From Eledone cirrhosa (lineage: Eukaryota), in NCBI GenBank assembly GCA_964016885.1, contig OZ024752.1, positions 1,612,001 through 1,676,000 on the forward strand: DNA of 64,000 nucleotides, written 5' to 3'. Of the stretch, positions 56,050 to 64,000 are shown piece after piece (the stretch's first letter is position 1; the number at the start of each line of letters is the position of its first letter). Below the pieces are notes generated by a model. The model was not told the DNA's origin. It made no database searches and was given only the letters and a program-made list of their open reading frames with translations. The position numbers were made by a program, and so were the translations under genes.

Positions 56050-56193
56050 AGCAAAGAGTTACGGCCCTTTCCGGTCTGAGTTCAAATACTTCCGAGGTTA
56101 ACTTTGTATTTCATCCATTTAGGGTCGATAAAATAAAGTACCAGTAATACACTGGGATAATTGCTGGCCTTGTGCCAATAGTAAACACAATTA
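56050..56193 (+). mobile_element. SINE family A, 5'-truncated
   Basis: gagttacggccc...gagttcaaat...gggtcgataaaataaagtacc; inverted relative to the 55711 copy. Confidence 0.8.
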
Positions 56194-57092
56194 TTAGAAA
56201 TATATATATCCTTACGCTGAACAATATTTTGAAACATTACTTTGTATCATCATTGACCCATATAACTTAAAACCATTTTATTTCAGACAATCACACACTT
56301 GCAAATGTATAACCAAACATTTAACACGTCTTTTAGTAAATAAGACAGTATTCAGGGCAGCATTGTTGGACCATATATAACTGGAGTATCGGATATGTAA
56401 ACAACCATACAAACTGGAATACAAATACCGTTTTCATAAATTAATGGTTAATATGAGAGTAACCCTATAATACATGTTATCAGGTGGAAGTGAATAAAGA
56501 TGAGAACAATATTATAATCCAGCAGTGGAATTTATATGAAGCATCGTGAACTATCTGGTTAAAAATAATTGATGCATGAATTACTGATGTTCCTCTCAGT
56601 GGTCTCTTTGACGAAATTAATATCTTGAGTGTGGCATTTATGTAGTTACATTTTTTAGCAGAAGAAGCACTCATCTTTATGCTTATTTATATTTCAGAAT
56701 AGTACTTTCAACGCCAGAGCCAGAGAATTTGTTGGGGGTAAATATTTATACAACGTACGAGCGCATGCCCGTTGTTGCATTGCTGATCGACAAGTTTGTG
56801 AGTCTGCGTGGGACGTTGGTGAATGTGGGACGATCTTTGAACAACGTCTTCATTGAAAATAGCAGTTGAATATACAATATATTACTGATTTATTCCTAGG
56901 ATATAATTAAATGTAAGCATAAATGACATTAAATAATATGTACGGTAAATTTGGAAAAACAGTTATTTGCAGAAACAAATGTAGAATTTGCTTCCAAGGA
57001 AATTAAGATTGGAGATAGACTAAAATATAAAGGGCATTGTGTGTGATTAAACTTTAAATATTTACACAAGCACACACATACACACACACCTC

Positions 57093-57159
<67 letters not shown>

Positions 57160-57594
57160 AATACATGACCACCCAACAACCTAAACACACACACACACAC
57201 ACACACGCATATATATATATATATATATATAATATCACACATGATGTATCATGTTTAACTATGTATTAATACTCTCCTTTCTTTCTACTTATCCACGCAC
57301 TAGTACTTCCCCTTATTTATCATCTTCACTTTCATTGTTTTTATTTATTTATTTCTTTCACAAAAATATAATCTTATATTAATTCATATCAACAGTGTCA
57401 AATATATAGTCATGTATTAGAATACTTGTACAGATGTAAGGAAAATATCAAATAAATCAAATATATTAATATACACTCTAGTGAACACTCAAGTATTGAG
57501 TCCTTTTACTAAGTTAAAGTGTGTTTGAAAGAAATGTGTGTTCATGCTTCAACGCACACACACAAGCACACAAAGAAACAAACATATTTCCCGG

Positions 57595-57642
<48 letters not shown>

Positions 57643-57685
57643 TCTACTTTAGGCACAAGGCCAGAACTCAGATTGTAAAGGGACG

Positions 57686-57731
<46 letters not shown>

Positions 57732-57804
57732 ATTATATATATAATTCTGGACCAGAATTAGCCGTCGAAACGGCTTGACCTCAGTCGTAGGGGTCCTACT
57801 CGTT

Positions 57805-57926
<122 letters not shown>

Positions 57927-60307
57927 TGTGTGTGTATGTGTGGGTGTATGTGTGTGTGTGTATGTGTGTGCGTGTGGGTGTGTGTGTGTTTGTGTGTATG
58001 AAACTGAAGCGTATACATCTGCAGTATGACACTCGATGTTGAATAGATGCGTGTGAATACGTGGGTGTGCGTGTTTTTATATAAATTTAATTACACATGG
58101 ACATATCATATACATCTCTAGTGTAGACATTCACATATATATCAATACGTGTCCACGCCAGTGTAGATCACTCTCAATCCCTCTTTCTCTCTCTCTCTCT
58201 CCATCCTCGCACATTTATATATGGGGGCAGGGATGTTATTTTCTGCATATTTGTGGCTATTTCGTGTATATCCTGTTCATAATGTAGTGGCTAAAATTCA
58301 TTACGTTGAATAATATATCCACTATGGGAAGATTGGAATAAAATACATCACAGTAAAACGTGTGTTTGGCAAATATTCTGAGCACACGATTTATTGATTT
58401 TGTTTTCACACCAGCACTTAATTATCTAGCTGAAGACGTGTCCTCTGTATATCCTGAGGAAGAAAAAATATATCAATGGCCTTCTTAGATTCTCGCATGA
58501 GTCATAGAAACAACTGTATTATAATCTACTCGAACTTAAAACTATTCTCATCAAGTTTGCGTGTGAGCTGTTAATACAAGGCTAACGTATACGATCTACT
58601 ATGACAGCACATTCTTTTCCTACGTAAGACTATATGTAATTATATTTTCACTTTGCATTGAAGTAAGTTTGAATACATATTTCTTGACAGTTAGGTAACC
58701 GCGATGGTCAGAAATAAAAATAGGTTGCAATAATTTTAAGAATCACTTTTATTTCATGCAGGATAATTTAATTTTATAATAATAATTTTATAAATATATA
58801 TTCCTTAAACTGTAACACATCGTCAATGTAAATTACAAGAAATTCTACTGAAGAATATATTTGTTTATCATTGTTGAAATTAGTTGGTGATAGATCAGCC
58901 TTGGTGGAGAGGAGTGTAAATAAATCAGCATTCCAATTCTGACCATTCAGTCTTTTCTTACAAGAATAATTAATTTAGGGCTGCACTGTTCTATGTTCTT
59001 CCCCTTGTGAAACAAATATGTGAGTAAAGGATGGTATATTTGGCTGTTAATCCGCAGAGACCACGTAGAGTCTTTCTTCCTATGTATACGTTTATATTAG
59101 TTGCAGTTTTAAAATCTAACGGTGATAAGTAATTCCAGCGTAATATATTCTACATCCTGTCGACTGAGACAAAGAGGTGGAGGATAATTTAGTTGGCGGC
59201 GGACGTCTCACATATACACACATACTCAACCCCTCATTATTTTCATTGGCATAAACATATATATCAATTTTAAGGAGGATTAATATTTTCAGACATAAAT
59301 CAGTAATTATTTAATAAAAAGTGTTTTGATTAGAATACACACCAGAATTGTGCATTAAAGAATTATTCAGAAATGTGATGACGATTGAAACGCCACATAA
59401 ATTTAAGATGTTGAAATATATTCCTCACTAAAGATGAGATAACTCGTCTCAAAATATTTCATGGCGTGGTAATATGAAACTCAAAAATATGACCCAAACT
59501 AGCAAATACATTATGGTGGTTTAAATTAGCCTTAAATGGGTTGTATAAAAAATATGAAATTTGTGAAGTTAGTACATGAGACAGAAAATTTTGCAACACG
59601 GCTGTTTTGAAGTGAAACATAAATTTTCCATGTATGTAAAATTTAATATTTTAGTGCGATTCATGTTAAAAGAAACACAAAAAACAGAATCCAATCAATA
59701 AATATAGATATTTTATTCTAAATATTTTATAATTCCATTTTAACTCTATTTTCTATAATACATTTACTTTTATAGATGGAGGAATATATAGAGAATGTAA
59801 TGATATTTCTAACAGCATTTACAGACAACCAAAACACGTCGATAAACATCAAATGTAGGAAGGGAATCGACATATATACAAACACAAATGATGTGACGCA
59901 TATTATTTATATTTTATGCAATGTATTTACTATATTCTATTATTTTTACCAAGGAAGTAACAAGAAGAGTTGTTTCATATTAGACGTAAATGTTAGCATC
60001 GCTCTCGGCAGAATTGTGGAATGCTAGATTTATGTATGGAAAACTAAATTTATGCTTTCATAATTAGATACGTTTATGTGTATAAAAACCTATATGATTT
60101 GAAACACGATTATTTGTTATCAAGCCGTAGGAGAGACCTCTCGAAATATTTAGGTTTCGTTTCATAGCCTCTGGCTTAAGTTATGATATTCATTGATTAT
60201 GCATGTATGCATACATGAACATGCATACATGAACATTGTATGCATGTATGCATACATGAACATACACAGAGAGAGACACACACATACACACAGACATACA
60301 CACATAC

Positions 60308-60343
<36 letters not shown>

Positions 60344-62603
60344 GCACACACACACACACACACAAAAATAAATATACATATATTTGCTGTACACTTTTAT
60401 ATTTAGAGGACTAGAACCGTTTCGTCCGTCTGAAACCATGATATAAATTGAATGAAAACGTTCTAGCCCGGCTGCAGTTATTTCTATATCAAGAGAATCA
60501 TATACAATTATATTTAATTTATTGAATATATTATTTACCTGTGGAGTCTTTTCGTTCCTCTTCCCGAAACCATTATGAACACAGCATGGAACACGTCAGC
60601 TTACGTTACCTACATATTTCGCATATCGAGTTAACACGGAACCGAGAGGGAGACATATATAGTCACTGAACATTCTGCGAAAACAACCTCGAAATACACA
60701 TTGCCGGCTGCGACTTAACACGGTGGAAAACGTACACATAAAAATAGCGTAAAAAGGAAAGAGATAGCTACGGCTGCAATGTGTTTGACCATTGATTTTC
60801 TTTGTCAAACCAGAATTAGGCTAAGAAAAAAACAGCATGAATCAGTTGGGAATTACAGGATTACGTACGCCTGCACGAACGGACATTCTGTGCGTACATC
60901 AATCAAATAATACCACCGAACTAAAATATACTGCGTACTAAGGTTGCCTTTATGAGAATTCCCGCACAGAATAGACGAGCACAATCATAGTAACGCAACA
61001 ACGTACAATGATACGTGGCAATGTGTGTGTATGTACATATGTCGATTTGTGTGTGTTTGTGTGAGTATGTATATGTTTCTACGTGTGTATTTATTGATGT
61101 TTTAAAGATTTTTTTTTTCTGGTATTTGCAATATATTTATCTGCGTGTGTGAGTATTTGCCTGAGGAACAAGATACTTGTTGGTGTTCACATGGAAAAGT
61201 GGTGGGTGTGGGTACACTGGGTGGAGCAGATTAGGGGAAGCGGGGTGGTACATTCAGACTATATGACGTACATCTTTGTCGGATAAACAAGAACTGCCGT
61301 TGGCATTGTTGGGGCGAGTCCTCGGGTCCGGCAGAGCATACGAATACGGAAACAATGAGGTGTCACGCTGAATGGTAGGCAGATTGGAAATGTCGGCAGA
61401 GCGGAAATGCGGTTCTGACGGTCATAACACGAATATTATTTGGAATTGAACAAATCTCCTTAATTCATAAGTTACAAATGACCGTGATATCTGGAACGTT
61501 AAACATTTGTAAAACATTCGTACGATTCGAAGAGAGAAAGCTTACACAAGAGACGAAGACAATCTCCTCTCTTGTTTCTTATAAGTGCCACCAGGAAGGT
61601 GGCCGGTCAAAATATAAACTCAAAATTAAGAGTGTGAGAGAGACATCATACACATATAAACATACACACATATATAAACATAAATATATACATACATATA
61701 TAACATTTCTACATAAACGTATGTATGCGTGCATACTTATATGTATACATATATGTATTTATGTATGGTCTCTAACCTCCATTGAAAGATCCTTGTTTCT
61801 GAGTTGGAATCGGCTCTATCTAAATTTCGTCCTGCATTAGTCCCGCATCACATATAGATTTTACAAATGATGTGATATAGCTTCAGTGGAGCAAAAGTCG
61901 CAGATTAATTCGTATTATTCGTTCAATGGAATTGCAACAGCGTTCTAATAATTCTTCCATCTCAGATGAGATTTGTGGTGTCGCTATTCAATCGAAAGAT
62001 ATTTGATTCAACGTTGACTGATTCACCATATACACCACATATAAAGGCTTTCTGTGGGAACGCAACAGATCTGCTATATTTACTTACATGGAATAACATA
62101 AAAGTATATATGCATTCAACTTTTATAAAGTTTATGATTACTAAGGCTAAATCTAGAAATAAATTATTACTTCAGTAACCTGTAGGATGACGCACAATAC
62201 TTCCATAATCGAGACTGTATGTTAATGAAATATCATTAAGTAGTGAAAGGATCGAGCAGTTATTCTTTATGAATAGAAATATACTTCATAAATCGTTAAA
62301 GGCGTGTGTCACTTCACTTCAATGTCTCATTTACTTGACTGGTGGAACTAATACACAGGCACAATTTCTAGAGGATGTGACAAAAAGGGTATATTTCAAA
62401 AAGGCTATATTTTCTTTAAACAACTGACAATACAATCAGTGGTAACCTCGTACATCGGAATATAAGCTGTATTTATGTATATAAATTTTATGAATTTTTA
62501 TAAAGTTAATTACATATTCAGCATTTTGAAAAAAAGTCGGATGAATCTTTTAAATATATTCATTATACATACACACATAGATACATACATATATGTATGT
62601 ATG

Positions 62604-62688
<85 letters not shown>

Positions 62689-62692
<4 letters not shown>

Positions 62693-63337
62693 ATACTTGG
62701 GGAGGGTCATATTTGTGTAATATTGCCAGAATTAATAACAGAACACACTCACTGTTTGGTTGGTTTTCGCTTTTCGCTTCTGTGTCTCTTATATCGGTAA
62801 TCAAATTTATGCGGTCCTCAATGTTGCCATTGACAGACCAACGGTTAAAAATAATACAGTTACAATATAGACACAAACACATATATATATAGTTTATCAA
62901 AGTTATTTCGTTGCACATCTGCAACATCGTCAGTGGTGCTATAGATTCTTCCCGTTGCATTGTATTTCTACGCCATCTTTATTTAGTCTGTATATATATT
63001 TATTTATTTATTTGTTTGTTTGTTTATTTTATTTTGTCTCCTTTGCGCATGCGTTTGCGTATGTGTATAGTGTTTTTTTTTATGTGTGTTCGTGATTGGG
63101 TGACTGTATATTGGTTAATGTGTTCTATGTTTACTAGTGTGTGTTTATGTGTTTGTTGTTATTGTGCTTGTGTATGTATTTACTTATTTATTTATATATT
63201 TATTTATTTATCTACAGTGAGTGTGTTCTGTTATTAATTGTGGCAATATTACACAAATATGACCCTCCCCAAGTATAACAATATTTGTTTCGACAGACGA
63301 TTTCATATACAAATCTCGCAAAACTAATTCATCGCCG

Positions 63338-63340
<3 letters not shown>
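62689..63340. mobile_element. Family F1 foldback copy
   Basis: Long left arm from 62689, short inverted right arm 63214-63280, extension 63281-63340 and (TA)n on both sides. Confidence 0.85.
62896..62937 (-). ncRNA. Minimal type I hammerhead motif
   Basis: Minus strand: acca CTGACGA t gttgca gatg tgcaac GAAA taac TT tgat. Confidence 0.6.
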
Positions 63341-63385
<45 letters not shown>

Positions 63386-63491
63386 AAAGGTTATATTTAA
63401 TTTGTTGGGATACTATCCAGGAGATTCGAACCAGAATGGTTGCATTTTTTAAGGGTATGCCAATATGTATTTATAAATCTAACCTATATTA

Positions 63492-63557
63492 TATTTTATC
63501 TGATGAAAGCGCACCATAGTTTACCTTGGTGGCCCTTGAAATAGGTATAATGAAATA
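63492..63557 (+). ncRNA. Type I hammerhead motif (family F8)
   Basis: tattttat CTGATGA aag cg cacca...tggtg gcc ctt GAAA ta gg ta TA atgaaata. 8-bp stem I. Confidence 0.7.
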
Positions 63558-63595
63558 AATATGGTTTTATAAATATAGTTTCCACTTGTTAATAT

Positions 63596-63650
<55 letters not shown>

Positions 63651-63654
<4 letters not shown>

Positions 63655-64000
63655 TTTCTGAATTTGTTTAGCAAGATTCTTTATCTGAAAACGTGTGTTG
63701 AAATCGAAATTGTTATACTTTGGGAGGGTCATGTTGCCAATAAGAAACACACGTACAAGTTGCTTTCACTTCAATTTATTATAATAAATTTATAATAAAT
63801 TTATAAATTTAGGAATTTATAAATTTCTGGTTGGTTGGTCGGTTCCAGAACCAGATGATTGTTTATATATTGTCAAAGTTCTTTCGTCACACATTCTGTG
63901 ACCTCTTCAATGACTGGGGATTATTTTCTTTGTTGTTGTGCCTCTCCTTTGTCCTGTCCTACGCCATCTTGTTTTTGCGTGTCTGTTGTGTGCTTAGTTT
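63651..64000 (-). mobile_element. Family F1b copy (runs off window) with hammerhead motif at 63872-63914
   Basis: Extension and arm nearly identical to 38586-38802. The minus-strand core reads TTGAAGA (C3 to U change) with intact stems. Confidence 0.8.

Noticed and set aside
59776-60027. Host-gene exon after ttttatag
   Set aside because: No recognisable domain and no supporting neighbouring exons.

Overview
AT-rich eukaryotic DNA, dense in microsatellites and repeats, with no recognisable host gene. Nearly all ORFs in the supplied track are (TA)n/(CA)n/(GA)n artefacts. The repeat content is most like an octopod cephalopod (inference). The only long coding unit is a near-full-length R4/Dong-clade non-LTR retrotransposon (RT + CCHC + restriction-like endonuclease) on the minus strand at ~41.5-45.5 kb. 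It carries three premature stops and one frameshift and ends in a (TAA)n tract. The window also holds many tRNA-headed SINE copies and decayed Helitron, mariner, CRE, RTE, R4 and Penelope (GIY-YIG) fragments. The most striking pattern is about a dozen small type I hammerhead-ribozyme motifs from several unrelated sequence families. They lie in non-coding foldback or tandem elements embedded in (TA)n/(CA)n microsatellites. The foldbacks share one architecture: ribozyme-sense 3' ends point outward on both arms, and only one arm has a ~40-80 bp extension. This suggests a diverse set of non-autonomous Penelope-like or retrozyme-like elements that could make self-cleaving, long double-stranded RNAs. 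All motifs were read by eye, so coordinates of decayed elements are approximate.
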